Below are positions 1 to 15,100 of a stretch of DNA of 64,000 bases, piece by piece. Source of the stretch: Azolla caroliniana (Eukaryota; Plantae; Polypodiophyta). The notes beneath the pieces are model-generated. The model was not told the DNA's origin. It saw only the letters and a program-made list of their open reading frames with translations, and made no database searches. The stretch is taken from the NCBI GenBank assembly GCA_043228905.1, contig JBHGNT010000008.1, positions 8,308,001 to 8,372,000 on the forward strand, written 5' to 3'. Every line of letters begins with the position of its first letter. Positions within the stretch are counted from its first letter, which is position 1. A program made the translations under genes and the position numbers.

Positions 1-327
1 ACATATTGATATCAAACTCTTAACTTTGTTTACTCGATCTTTCTGGTCAAAAATTATCTCTCGTATTCATATCAGACCACTCCTTGCATGGTTGTTGGCT
101 CCTTTCTTTGAAAAATTAATCTCTCATTTCCATACCCAACCCATTGTAACACGATTCTGAAATGATAAAGAATCGATTTTCTTTTGCAATAAACGAATGA
201 TTTGTCTCTCCCACTTGTCTTATGCTTAAAACTTGCTTTTGTTGTACATGTTGCTCTAAATCCTTCTAGTCTAGAACCCCGGCGGTTCCGTCTCACGATC
301 CGCACATAGTGACGGATTTTCATGACA
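1..327 (+). mobile_element. Probable 3' part of an LTR, truncated by the window edge, abutting or interrupting the Gypsy RT remnant
   Basis: Non-coding, contains AATAAA and ends ...GACGGATTTTCATGACA, similar in style to the LTR end of element D. RT homology of the minus-strand ORF stops at about 345. The exact end is uncertain. Confidence 0.4.
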
Positions 328-344
328 ACGCATGCGCGTAACAA

Positions 345-2970
345 CGCGACAGTGTGTTCCTCGTTCCATTCGAACTTACGCCTCTTTTTCAGCAACCCGT
401 AGAGCGGTTCCGCGACGTGCGCGTAATGCGGAATCCAAATGTGGTAGAACACGCACGCACCGAGGAACCTCCGAACCTCTGTAACTGACTTGCATTCTTC
501 CTTCATCACGGAGATGCCTCCACCTTTGCTAGAGACAGTTTCCGGCCGTAAGGCCCGCACGAGTGTCCAACCACCAAGATTTCGGATTGCCCGAAAGCCG
601 ACTTCTCTCCAGAGAAGGTGAGGCGCGCACTCTCGAGCCTTCGTAGTACCTTCTTGCAGTCGTCGATGTGGTTCGCCACGAACCTCCGACATCCGTCCGG
701 CCCGACCGATTCATCCTTATCTTCCACTTGATTAGAATGTCGTCCAAGAATGACATGGTGACGTCCGGGATGCAGTCCCTCAGCACCTTGTTCATTGCAT
801 TCACCATGTGCGCCACCGAGTTGGTCCCCCCTTGCGGCAAGGTACACATCCACACTAAGCCGAGGGGAGTCCGCATTGTCGTAATATCCCTACTCTCTAC
901 GGCTAGTTGGAATTGGTCGTATCCTGAGTACAGATCACCAACCGAATAGATCGACCTTCCAGCGAAGGCTTCCGCGAACTCATCAATGGTCGGCCCGATT
1001 CCCGCGTTTTGAATTGGCACTTTATTGACCGGTTGCAGGTCTTGAATGAAGCGCAACGTGCCGTTCTTCTTCGGCACCGTAAACCACCAATTTGAATACG
1101 GGGCACTCAACGGCTCGAGGATGCCCATCTCCACCTTCTACTTCAATAGCCCCATCAGCTTCAGGATGTGAGCTCTGGGTACCGGAATTGGCTAAAGGTT
1201 CCACGGTACATGCGGTACTGTGAAGATAACCATCAGCTCCACGATTGTCGGGTCCACGCACCCGATCTCCTCTAGTGAGAATGCGAAGGCCTTCCCTTGC
1301 CTCTCGAGCATCCTCTGAAACCGGTCCTCCTCCACCGGCAGTAGAAAGCCACCCCCACCGATCCTGAGCTCCCGTAGCGTCTCGTCGGTAAACCAGTGCC
1401 CTATGCCAGCCAAATTCCGCAAACTTGGGTCTGACGCGACCCCCTTCATCCGCTCCTCGCTGCCCTCCAGTAAGGGTGTCGTGACTGACCTCACCTTCCG
1501 GTCCACATTCTTGTACCTCGTGTCCACGCGGGCCGTCCTATTCGACCCAACCTTCTCCCCAAAGTCTGCAATGACTTCGTACATTTCAACGGAACCGACC
1601 GGAATCAACCGGTCTTCATTCAGGCCTTCTTCGAAAACCTTCCCGATCTCTCCAAGGGTGTCGTCGAATGAGACCGCCTCCACGGCACCGCTAATCTCAT
1701 TGATGGAGCTAAGGGCCCCGCACGCCCTAAGATGCTCCTCAACCCTCTTCTTTTCCCAGCCACCGACGTCGATTATCATACAACCTCCGTTGTCGGAGAA
1801 CCAAAATTTTCTACCTATGGTACATGTGTGGGGTTTCTCCGGGGTGTCTGGACTATCGCGGCCCCACGCCTTGATAGCCCTCTCTAAAAATCCCATTGGC
1901 CATCACTGCTAAGGGTCTCGCGGTTGCGCTCGTGGTTTGGTCGTACAATAAAAAATTGGACGAAGTGATGGCCGTCTTGGCTCTTCACCCATGCGTACGC
2001 CGAACCGTTCTCCAACACCTTGGTCTCCATGTGGACTGCCGTAATGTATGGTTCGCCCAGTATCACCGGGTGCGAAGATGTCTCCTGCACGAAGAAGTGC
2101 TGATTTATCATGATGTCTCCAATTTTAACGCACACGTTCAGGCATGCTATGTGTAGTTCCTCCATAGCGCGCGTGGCCGTGTGTATCTTCCATCCGTGCT
2201 TGGTGTTGATTAGCCATTTCCCCTTTCTGTAGAAGTCCATTGACATCAGGTTTATCTCGGAATTGTGGTCTATCAACGCCACCACCGGCCCCTGACGTCC
2301 TCGATCTGGACAAGGGTCTCTGTAGTAGCCCTTGCCCAATGCAACTTCGAATGGTGGCTCTCCGCCAATTCACCCTCCAAGGCTGCGTCCTCTAAGTGTG
2401 TCGTCCACACTTCCATGGGCTTCTCTGGCTCTGGCTCTGGCTCTGTGGTGAGCCTTCTACGCTTCACCAAGTCCACAATGGAATCGTGGAGCTCCTTCTT
2501 GGCGATTCCAAGCACTTCCCTCAACGACAACTCCATCTTGCCATCGAGGATCCATTCCTCGAGGACCTTCCACAAGTCCGTCGCCCTTTCTATTTCCGTG
2601 CTTAGCCGGTAACCTGCCTGCTTTACCCTTTCTTGCGAGCCGAGACCACCGACGCCATTTCTCTTTTCCGTGTTCCGTGTCTCCTACCGGCCAGAGGGTC
2701 CGGCCCCTCCGCCCTTTCCTACTCGCTTATCTTCCACCAAAACTTTGTAGTTCTGGCACGCAGCCTCCACGAAATTGGTCTTCTCTTCAACCGGATCGTC
2801 CCATCTCGTGACCTCCTGGACCCGCTTCTTCGCGCGGTCCGCTACGAGCGGAGACAAAGACAACGGTCGGGCGACCAACAACTCAGAGTTGGGCGACCTT
2901 TGACAGGTTTTTTTTCGCACGTTCTTCCTTATCGAAATCTGACGGTGCAGATCGCACACGCCTTCCTCTA
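345..2970 (-). mobile_element. Degenerate Ty3/Gypsy internal region (gag end, protease, RT), frameshifted
   Basis: Minus-strand ORF pieces: protease-like VALIDHNSEINLMS...HPVILGEPY; RT FTVPKKNGTLRFIQDLQPVN, DLYSGYDQ, LPQGGTNSV, FLDDILI; thumb VRRFLGACVFYHIWIPHYAHVAEPLYGLL. Many frame breaks. Confidence 0.9.
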
Positions 2971-3141
2971 AGCTCTAAGCGACCTGCACCGTCTGTGGCC
3001 GCGATTCCTACGCCAGCCCTCTTTATGATTTGATGCAGAATAGACACGAGCGTAATAGATTGATAGATGTAATAATAAGATAAGCCAATTGCATTCGGAA
3101 ATTCTTCTTCTTCCTCCTCTGCTACTGCTGCTGCTGTGGCG

Positions 3142-6100
3142 ATGGCGATGGTTTCTTCTCGAGCTTCCGTGCCCCTGAAGCTCGCCAGACCCCCTCTCCC
3201 ATTTGCTCCTCCTCCGTTTCCCCTCCCTTCCTGGACCTCCCTCTCTTGCCTCGGCTCCCCTCTCAGAGCCTTATCGTTCCCACCCTCACGACGATGTAAT
3301 GCTCGCATCCGACTCTGTCCCCCTGTTCTGCTGAATCCCAGAGCCCAGCTTCATGGAGGTGAATGGGCTTTTTCTGTGCATAGAATTGTGTTCTCACTGA
3401 TGCTTGTGCACACACCAACGTCGGGTTTGTTATATGCTACCTGGCAAATATTCTGATTGCTTTTAATTGATGACTACATTGACATTGTTCTGAAAACAAT
3501 GTGGGAAACAGTCCACTAATGTTCCTAATTTTTCCTTATTCACTCTCAATCCCAGAGAGAGAGAGAGAGAAAGAGAGAGAGGAAGAAAAGAAAGAAAGAA
3601 AGAAAGATATATTAATGTCTTCTAAGACCAAAATTGTCCCATGAATGATTTTATTGGATATCCATTTTTTTAGCTTTGATACTTAGGGTTTGTTTGATGA
3701 TTTCCTCATTTCCACATATTTACAATTTAAGGTTTTGGGGTTTTCTATGGTTCTGTTTTCCAGTTTCACCATGCTTATGTTTCAGGGGTTTGTTTCCAAA
3801 TATTAGGGTTTTAAGGTTTAAGATTAGGCATCAGTGCTCAGCTTAGTCAGCTTTCGTGCTTTCACATTTTCTTTTCTTAATGTTATGCACACCCTTGTAC
3901 AACAGCACAGAGATTGGTTTTCCAATTTCCTATAAATTATCACTTTTATTGGCATGATTTTCGAGTCATTAGCCAATCATGTGTTTGCACAACCTCTAGT
4001 TTGCCAGGAACACTTACCAAAATCCACATTCAAGCCAATCCTGATAAAGATCATGTGGCCTGGACGTTCCTCAATTATTGGCTTGTGCATGTGGTCAGTT
4101 ATCCTGATTGCCAGTTTAGTACAACAACATCGAATATCCAAAGGTACATGATAGAAGCTGAAGCATAGTTGACCATTTGATAGTACTGCTGGTAAGACTA
4201 TATATCATCCATGTGCACGTACACTCTCACTAACATTTTAGGTGTACATTGAGTGCTTTATGTAGTATTGAGGTAGGACCTCATGTACCATTCTAATGGA
4301 CTTTGTTTGGTTTTGTTCCCATTCTAATAACTTAACCATTCCAATGGACTTTTCTCCTCAAATTAAGGGTCCACCTTCTGTTCCACATATCGAGGTTTAA
4401 GATTATCACTTTAGGATCTAGGGTGTGTTTGGCTTCATATTTAGTGTTTAAAGTCTGATTCTGATTTCTTGTTTCTGCTTATGTAGTGACACAGGTCTCT
4501 TCTAGCTCGGAGCTCCCGAAGAATTTTGATTTCTCATCTGAAGAGAGGATCTACAAGTGGTAATGTTTTGTACTAGAGTTATTGCTGGTCTTCTGGCCAT
4601 TTTTATCTGCTTGATGATTTTAAGGTAACCATCTGGACAGGTGGGAATCACAAGGCCTGTTTAAACCCAATGCAAACTTTGAGGATGAACCATTCGTTAT
4701 TTCTATGCCGCCTCCTAATGTCACTGGAGCCTTGCATATGGGACATGCTATGTTTGTCACACTTGAAGTATGTGTTGCATTTCATTTTTATCTTTATTTG
4801 TAGTACAGTGTTTTCTTCCACTTTTTTTTGACACAGGTAACTGTTATGAATGATGGCCATATCAAATCTAGGGGGAGTGACGTGGTTGTCATACTTGACG
4901 CTCTTTGAGTCTTTAGAGCCACAGTCATGTTGATGATCCGAGTGAAACCTTGACGTGGTTGGAAGATGTGTGTAAGCATGGGATCAAGGGGTATTAGATG
5001 GATGTCCAAAATCATGGTGAATTGGACAGTCTTACTGTTAGCAAAGTGGCAAGCCTGTTTATTCTTGCCTAGAAAACTGCCATATCTATCTAATAGGAAC
5101 CCATGAAGTGTACTAGCAAACGGATCATCTACTATGAATCATTTCTATCTAATAGGAACCCACATATTACGAATCTAAACCCTAAACCCTAAACTCCACA
5201 TGTGTTTAATATTTCAATGCTGGGTTCCTCACAAAAAACTCCCTACCTTTTTTTGATCAAATAGTCATTAATTAGTTCAATGGCATTAAATTGTTGCTTG
5301 ATAAGATTTCAAATGCTATTTCTTTCTTTATCCACAATCTTTTTCTATTCTCTGTTTGATTCGTAATTAATCTTGTCAAGGATATAATGATACGTCACTG
5401 GCGGATGAGAGGAAGATCAACATTATGGCTTCCTGGCACAGATCATGCTGGAATTGCTACACAGGTAACTAGAAGACTGCAGGAGCTCTCACTGTTCATT
5501 AACATAGGATACAATGCATCATTTTTCTTTTTAAATTTATCTTGTATGCCAAATTTGCCTCTCGTATGTCAAGTCTAGAATTGAAAAAAGATTTGAAGTT
5601 GTTTTACATAAGGATTTATTTATTTATTTATTTTAAAGCTTTGATTTCTCTAGATAGCATGAATTTATGTAAATGTTGTCTTTATTTCACCTGACCTGAC
5701 ATTTAAACAGTTTGGCTTGTTCTTATCTCTCCATTTTTGTAATGTTTACCTAATCAATTTGTTTCCACAATGTTTGTGTAATCTTTGCGTTCTTGCACTT
5801 TTCGTTTTGTGCAATGCTTTCTTTTAATCTCTGGATTCTTCCCCTCTGTGTTTTTTTTGCATCTTTGCAATGTATGTCTAATCTTTGTTTTTTTGTAATG
5901 TTTACCTAATCTCTTCATTTATGCAATGTTGGCCTAATCTTTGTGTTCCTACCCTCTACATTTTTTTGCCATGCTTGCTTAATCTTCACATTCCTGCCCT
6001 CTATTTTTTCCCAAGGTTTGTTTAACCTAATCTTTGAGTATTTTGCAATGTATGCTTACTCTTTGCTTCTGCTTTCTCTGTAGGTGCCTTTGCGTTTTTT

Positions 6101-9100
6101 TCCAAGGTTTAATTAACCTAATCTCTAGACTCATGCTAGATCAATGGAAGACCCAAATACTGTAGAAGAAAAGGACGTGATTGCATTATTGTGGATAGTA
6201 CCTGAAGGGCACACAAGGCACCCAAAATACATGTTCCATTAGCTATCGAAGATGAGAAAGCAACACAGTAATGGCATTTGATAATGCAAGAGGTCAATTG
6301 TATCCGAGATGCTATATAAAGAGGCTTGAAAGAGGAAATTTTAAAAGAGAGAAAGAAGTAGATAAACAAAGTTACACGCCTCTTTGGAGATGAATGATTG
6401 GAAGCCATACAAAAAGACCCTGCAAATTTCATAAAGAACTCAAACATAGGAACTCAAGGATGACAAGCTTTTGCTCAAATGGGCTGAATAAAGAGATTGT
6501 AAGGCCATTATTACGGAAAAGAGAGCCACATGGCAATGTATGGCGTATGAGACCCTACACATGACTACATGGAATTGCAATGGCTCTCTAAAGATAGATG
6601 TTAGGTGCTTTGAAGTTATCTTCAAGAACACAAATATTGCGATGCATACAAAGACCTATCAATACATTCCTCTAATAAACTCATTGATGTATGTTGTCCC
6701 TCACTAAAGATACAATGAATCACTAGATGGTCTTGAGGAGTAACTATATTGTACAAAAAGGAGCTCCATGATAGAGTGCAAGTTGTGCATAAGGATGTAG
6801 ATGTGCATTATATGTGGGTGTGAACTAAATTGTAGCTATTTGCCTACACTTGTGACATGGACTCATTCTCTTACAGAGTAGAACCTGGGGGACTGGGTCT
6901 TCACAAGGAAAATGATTGGAAAGATTTGGAGAAACCTTTAGCCTCAATAGTTGCCACATGATACAGAGCAAAGCATCACCATGATGCAATCTGTATGGAA
7001 AAGGATCAGCCCCCATAATCAACAATGAGTTTTTCTGATTCAAGGTTGGCAATAATGTCATCAAAACAACTTGTTGATCACAAAGATAATCATTGTTGGT
7101 ATTGCTGAGATGCAACAATGGTTTGAGTCCCATGGCATAGGTATAAATGCACTACCCCTATTCCAATATTGCTTAGATTGTCTCCATTTAAACATGGCCA
7201 AAGTGGAAAAGACTAGAGTAATCTGAACTGATATTATCAAATTGGATAACGGAAGAACATGGATCAGCCCCACATCTCTTGGTAGGAGGATGGCCCACCA
7301 TAAGGCAGATTTCTTACACATCAGAGGATAGATTCATCATCAGGACCTCTTATATGAACATACATGTATGGGAAGCTGTGGAACTCTTTACATCACTCAT
7401 AGATTTAGGTAGACAAATATGCACATACATCTCTGGAAAAACGAATCTGTCAATTGTGTCATTAGGGGGTGGAATCTGGAGAGCTCTATGTTTGGTATTA
7501 TGCTGTTTTTTATGAAATAACAGGAATATATAATTTCCTCTTGACCATGGCTTTGGCCCACTACGCAAGGCAGTGGAATATGAGGACCAATGGGGCTATT
7601 CTTGCTAGAACTCAAGAAACACAAGGAGAAGTTGTTGATGGAAAAAGTACAACCACTCAACCTCATCAACAAAGAAGAACTGCAATGATTTTTAGCCCCA
7701 TCACTCCTATTCATGTTACAAGTCAATCAAGGGTCACACAAGTGGGCTAGTATCTAGGACATTACAAAGAGGTTACAATAGATTGGGCAATAGCAATTTG
7801 TCGTGCACTTAGGCCTTGGCCTCCTGGACCACAATCTCACGAGTTTTGCCATTGACATATAAAGTCCATTATCTCCCACCATCCACGGCTCGTTTCTTGT
7901 GTTGTAGTTCTCTCCATTTGGATCAACCTATGCCATAGATATTTTGAATACAAAAATTACAATCTGTTTAACTTGAGAATCTAACAATCTATCGAACATG
8001 ATTCTTTAGTGGCTTTTATTTTCTTTACTGTTTTCACTTGATTACATTTATTTTGGTTTGTTTTTCTCAAAGATGATACAACATTTTAATACTCTTGTTT
8101 GGTCTTATTGGTTATTTTGACCTCTTAAAAGATGACAATATATCTTTCTTTCTTTCCTCTGAGTAAGCTCTCAAAACCCAAAACCAGTTATCATATAGTG
8201 ATCCTCTTACCCAATAGTCTGACAAAGAAAATTGAGATGTGCGCAGATACATTATTCTTCATATGCAGTCATACATATCATGTAACTATCACTATAAACA
8301 TGTAGCCCTTTTCTCCGAAATATAACTGTGTATTCAGTTTTCTTGTTCTTGTTTATGTTTCTGCCGAAGCCACAATCACTTTATAAAATAATATCTTCCA
8401 CTCTATGAGCCTGACTGACTCTTATGGCTGACATATCATGTCAATACCTAAAACAAAGGAAAAAAGTACATAAAATCATCAAAATTGAATGACTGTATTT
8501 CTGCATGGTTACTTCCCTATACTGATGCTCACAAATCTGGAATGAGGAGATGGCAGTATACAAATGAAACACAGCCTTCAGCTTATTAAAAACAAACCCA
8601 GGTTTACTTCTGATGACATGTCATAAAAGCTGGTTTGAAAACCTATGTTTTTCTTTGCCCAACTTTGAAAATATAAATGTGAAAAATAATTTCTAGTGAT
8701 AGTCGCAGGTTTTGGGCTACCTCATTTTGTACTTTGTTCTGAGTGAGGCAACATCCTAATTCTAATGAACTTTATGTAAATTTAATATAGATAAATATAT
8801 AAAAAATAATATCATGTGCTTCCATCACAGCGATGAAGTTAAACTATTTCAGATGTGTATGACTGAAAAAAATAAATATCTGCAAGATCCTAAAAAGAAT
8901 CTCTAATAGGCTTTAGATGACACATCCTGTTGATTATGATGGATGTACCTGTTCCGTTGAATGTCCTATTTTAGCTTCATAGTTGATCCGTTATTAACTT
9001 CACATTTGAGTGATAAGCACATAAAAGTTAGTCCATTCTTCATGACTTTAGCTTGGCACATGAAGATGAGCTTATTTCTTATTGCATTGAAATGCAGCTG

Positions 9101-12100
9101 GTTGTTGAGAAAATGCTCACATCTCAAGGAGTAAAGAAGTCAGATCTTAGTCGAGAAGAGTTTGTGAGCAAAGTATGGGAATGGAAGAACAAGTAAGTGA
9201 ATACTAGAGACAATCGACTGTGCTTCTACTGCACAGCTTTGCACACACTAGCTCTGTAAATTTAGTTGGTGCAAGAGCTCCTGTTTCAAAGGAACTATAT
9301 ATTTAGATATATTCTATTTGTTAAGGAAAAAAGTTTCTGAATATGTAACAATCAGGTGTAAGCCACTAAAGATTCAGTCCTGAACATGCATTTAGTGTTC
9401 CATTTCAGTGAAATAGGATTGAACATAATTCAAGAGTATTGGAATGATTTCATAGGTTTGGAGGGACTATCACAAATCAACTTCGAAGATTAGGAGCATC
9501 TTGTGATTGGAGTAGAGAACATTTTACTCTTGATAAGCAGCTCAGTGGTAAATATATTTTCATATTAATTCATATAAATTAAAGGGTTATCTGTCATATA
9601 GGTGTCGCAGAGGTAAATAGCTGAGGATATTGATTATCTTTTTCATTTTTGCCCACACTTTGGCATATAGAGGATTTTTATCCATAATTTTTATACTACA
9701 GTAGATGATCTATTTTCGTGAACTTCAGACACATGCACACCACTATTACAGGATGTTTCGTTGGAGGAGATATTTTCTGTACAGATGTTATGTTTTTGCA
9801 TTTTTCTTTCATCACTGATTATAGGTAATACAAATAACAACAGGTCAATAACTAGTCTGGCTTTACAATTTGTTACCTCTTCATACGCACTGTATGGTTG
9901 TTTGACTTAGATAGGCATATAGAGTTACACTTACAGAGATGTATATATGTCAATACAAAATTTCTATTACATATGAGGGTAGATTACAATGGTAGTCTTC
10001 CCGTGCACTCACAACTTAGAGCTAAGATGGGATCTGGACTAGTTGACTACAGAGTTAGTTGACAGATGGAAATCACAGCATTCAAGTGTAAGGGGAAGAG
10101 GGTGGATATTTATATTCAATGTTTGGTCTTATTGTAACATTAAATGTGTAAGTCGGTGATAGTATTGGGGATATTTCTTTTTTGTCAACAGACGTGTTAA
10201 TATGACTTAACTCCCTAGATATAGGCTAGCGCTAGATAGTACTTATGTTAAGTCAATGGCACATATTTCAAGACTAAGTACATCTTAACCTGCCAAGGGA
10301 GAATATTCTTCTCGTCAACGGGACTAGTTGATTGGACTCAACTAGTTGACCTGACTAGTTAATTCTATTACCATACTTCCCTCTTTCCTAAATACATTCT
10401 ACCTAACTCATCTATGGTTTCCACTTTGAAACCTCATTGATCCATATGGTTGAGTTGCACAATAGCTACTCCTCATTTGGGTGCTATCACAAGATGTGCA
10501 CCCTAAGAATACATTTGGGGATAAACTGACGACTTGGGGATGATGATTTACTATATCTAACAACAGTTCACTAAACTCATGTTTAAAACATCTAGTACTT
10601 TCCATCATTCTTGCCATGTCTCTCTATAGCTGTACTTTTCCCCTTATTTTGAATCCGTCTTGTACTATTTGCTGGATTGAATCAAGGGAGCTGTCTTTAT
10701 TCCATTCAGCAAATGGCAAAGCTTATTTTAAATATAATTATGTTAGTAAAACTGCCTGTTGCCTGAGTATCTGGCTAACCCTCAAGCATTTGGCTAAGGG
10801 TATACACAGACTTTCCATGCTCTTGAGAGAAACAATCTTGATAATTGAGCAGAAGAATTGAATAGAGAAGGTGAGGTAGGAGCAAGAGGTGTAATAAAAG
10901 CAGTTTAGGATAAAGATTTCGTTAAGGTGTTGAAAAGAGGAATAGTAAGTATAAAAAATGGTATTATAGTAGATAATAAGTTCCTATTTGTGTGAAATGT
11001 AGAATTGTGGTTTTCACTCCTCAATCGAAATATCAGATTGCAATTAAAATATTGTGAATCAGGAGATGATCTCTGTAAAATAATGTCAGAGAGTCTCAGT
11101 AGAGATTTTTGAGATGAACGTTGTGGCAGTCTATGATGGAATGGAAGATCATATACATAAGATTTTAAACCTGATGGGCACATAATAAGACACATCCCGA
11201 CTTTACCTAGACCCAATGGAAATTGTGATGTTCATGTAGCCCATTCTACCAATACTGTACTGTATACTCCACTTGTCTGAGCACAGGCAATCTTTATTTT
11301 ATTCGCCATGTCCTCTGGTTGACTCTTTCTTCCTTCTCATGTTATGATACGAATGAGCTGAAGCTTGACAACTCTGATATGTTAACTGAAAAGGGGGACA
11401 AGACGTGCACGATACACATACTGAATCCTGATAGATGGGCACAAATGGAGAACACAAAGAATCTTTTATATTTCAACTAGGGAAGAAGAAGGTGGGTATC
11501 TGTCTTGGTGATGCTCACAGCTGCTCTAATATTTCCACCTGTATATACAATGTGTATTATGCTCGATAACAAAAACAGATTTTTGATAATTTACTCCAAA
11601 GAAGTACTTGTACATTTATCTCTTCTTTTCTGTGTGATTAATTAACGAATTAATGAAATGTTTATAAAATTCAAAACACAGATATATGTAAGGTATCAAA
11701 GTTCCATCTTGTGTCATGTTTCATATCTTTTCTAAAACCTTTACATGTATGTCTCTGCAGAGGCTGTGATAGAAGCATTTGTGCGGCTTCATGAAAAAGG
11801 GCTTATATATAAAGGTAATTAAGTTATCCTTCTGGAACATACTTTTCAAACTTCAAATTTCGTAACATTGAAATTGATCCAGCAGTATGGATCTTGTTAT
11901 ATTCCTCATTGTTTGGCATGAAAAATCAGAACATTACCATCGTGTTTTCCTTTCTTAGATGACATATTTCCTCCTCTTTGCTTGTATGCCAATCCTTTGA
12001 AAACCATCTACACCAAATAGTGCAAATTGTCTTTCCTTTCTGTTTGTACTCTTTGAATATGCTCTTTTTAACTGTCCCAGCGATTTGCTTGAACTTAAAA

Positions 12101-15100
12101 TAATAAGGTCATTCTGACACTGTGAAATTGAATTGCATTTGTAGGGAGTTATATGGTCAACTGGTCCCCGAATTTGCAGACTGCTGTCTCAGATTTGGTG
12201 AGACACTACCGTGTTATTTCTTATTCATACAAAGGGTTTAGGAAAATATGTAGCCAGAGTGTAATGATATTATATATTTCATAGATGTTACTGTAGTATT
12301 ATATTTTTATTGATAATGTTTAGATTGTTTTGGAAAAATGTTTCAGTGTGTCATTGTTGAATTCTTTGTGTATTCTATATCAAGTGCAATAAATTATACA
12401 TAATTACTTTCTTTTTTGCATGTCACCAGAGAACTTAATTTTTTTGTGCTGGAAGCAACATTGCTAATTAATTTTTGAAAGGAATATGCTTTTAACAAAA
12501 TGCAGCCCTATTCTAGGAAGTGGAATACACAGAGGAGCCAGGCACGCTATTTTATTTCAAATATCCGATTGCGGGTGGTGGCAGGTATGTGTTGATCATA
12601 TACCTGTAATTTATAAAAGGGAAAAGTACCAAGATACGCCTGGAAGTTCGTCTATTTACCAGAATGCCCCTGGAAGTTCCAAATTTACCAAACTACCCCT
12701 ATGTCCAAAAAATTACACTTTATAAAGTAATTATACACTCAAATCTACAAGCCCTATTTACCAAAGATGGAAGAAATGGACCCGAACTAGCCATATTTAC
12801 CAAAGATTTGAGTGTATAATTACTTTATAAAGTGTAATTTTTTGGACATAGGGGTAGTTTGGTAAATTTGGAACTTCCAGGGTCATTCTGGTAAATAGAA
12901 GAACTTCCAGGGGTATCCTGGTACTTTTCCCTTTATAAAATTGTTGGTAATATTGAGGTTTTGGGAAGTAGAACAGTTCTTTTCATAACGTTTCCTGCTG
13001 CCAGAAAAAATGAAACAGTCAAATTTACTTTACTGCCTTTTGTTGCAAAACTTCTTTTCCAGGGTTTTTGCTTGTGTCTGAAAGGTTTTCAGATGGTCTT
13101 AATGTGGTTTTCCAAGAAGAAAACCATACTAAAATGGGCTGTAAAATTTCCAATATTTAACTTGGCATTGCTGCCATAGCGCTTCCTTGACCTCCTTGCA
13201 GCCTAGTTTCAATTAACCAAACATTTCTAACTCATGGATGTTTATTTTATTTGTGAAGGCATCAAAAAAATTGGAACCATTTCTACCATTTCCTATTCTT
13301 TTGAAACTCGGAAGTCAAATTTCACTGTTCCCCTCATTACACAGAATTCGTACCAAGCACAAATCAATTAAATGGTTTACTAAAAAGTATCTTTTTTATA
13401 AGATTAAGGATCCGAGTTGTAATCTTTTAATGTTTCTCTGCAACCCAACTAGTTCTTATGCAAGCGTTGGTGCCTTTTAATACCTCAATGTGACAGCATG
13501 GAATAAAAAATAATGTACCCTGAGAGATATATGCAGAGTGAAACCTCTATCAAGCCTAATGTGCAATCTTTTGTGAGAGGTCAGAAAATATAAAAGAGTT
13601 TGGCATCATAACACATTAGAATGATTCTTTCTCGAAATTCTAAGATGATGCAAGGCTATGGCTGGGAGGCAAATCACATATTCTTCTTGCCTGCGTTTCT
13701 CATCTCTATACGACATTGAACATTACTGCTATGGTTAGATAATAGCAATGAATTAGTTGAGATCATTGTAATAATAAGTCTACTATGATAAAGGAGGAAA
13801 GAAAGAGGTGATACCACGGGAAAGGAAATTTGTAGCCTGCTCTGCTCATAACCTAGAATACAAGCAACTCGCATATCCTATAGTGTCCACATCTTAGCAC
13901 AACGAATAGTGTATGTCTAATATAATGTTTCCATGATCTTCAATGCACTTATGATTATACATTTGCATAGAATACAATTCCATGATCATGTTATAATATC
14001 AAGTTTCTCAGCAAATCTAGGGTGTTTCAATGTTCTAATTTTTCTGAACTGCTGCAGAGATGACTATTTGCCAATTGCGACAACAAGACCAGAAACTTTG
14101 CTAGGTGATACAGCAATTGCGGTTCATCCTGAGGTCTACTCCAGATCATAACTCTCATTTTATTGTAATTGGTATATATGTTTGCAACAATGTCGTGAAA
14201 TGTTTTATATATTTATCTTGTTCCATGAATTTCCACTATGGGTTTTCCAATAATCTGATTTGTTCAGTTAACTGACATTTTTAGGATGACCGATATGCAA
14301 AGTATGTGGGAAAGCTGGCAGTTGTACCAATGAGTGGTGGCCGTCAAATTCCAGTTATAGCAGATGAAGTACGTGCAGTTCATTTCCAATGTGTATGCAT
14401 AGAGATGTGTTACTGTAAATGCCTAACCTAATCAAAATTTTACGGTACAAGAATATGCTAATGCTACAATTAAAGAGGGAATTTGTTGGATAAGTTCTTT
14501 ACCAAAGCAACTATAATTATTAAAACAGAATGTTACAGCTTTGACCATATGAATAATGTGCTGATGTGAAGAATTCAAATTAAGTCATTTGTGTCACTCT
14601 TGTTGTCAATTTGCTTCTCATTAAAGCCATTTATTTAATGACTATTGTGGTAGCTACCTATTTTGTCAAGAGATTCCATGCTCTTAGGTTTTGTAAAGTC
14701 TGAGAGTTTGGTGCAGGGAGCTCATATTCCCAAGAGCAGCATGTGTGTGCATAGAGATAAATCAGTGGAAGTAGTAGGGATAAACAATTCAGTATATATG
14801 GTGCAATATATTAATAGAGCATTCCCATTATATCTGTTGTTCCATCATTTGAAGAATTAAAGGAATTATCATTCCAATGTTTCTAAAGAGAGTGAATACT
14901 GTCTACCGTTGGTCCCAACCTAGGTTGGATGTTTTTTTGTAAAAAACTTCCGTATTAATGTATATCACTAAGAATTACATGTGCTGCATTTGTTTTGGAA
15001 AATTACTTTCCTGGCATTTAAATTTCTTCCTCTTATGTTTAATGGGTGTATGGAAATATTTTACAACTTCCTTGTGCATTTGTCACCATATCTTATTTAT

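Noticed and set aside
5177-5193. Interstitial telomere (AAACCCT repeats)
   Set aside because: Only about two and a half units; at most a telo-box.
10036-10365. Scattered GACTAGTTGAC motifs as a MITE
   Set aside because: No TIR or TSD boundaries could be defined.
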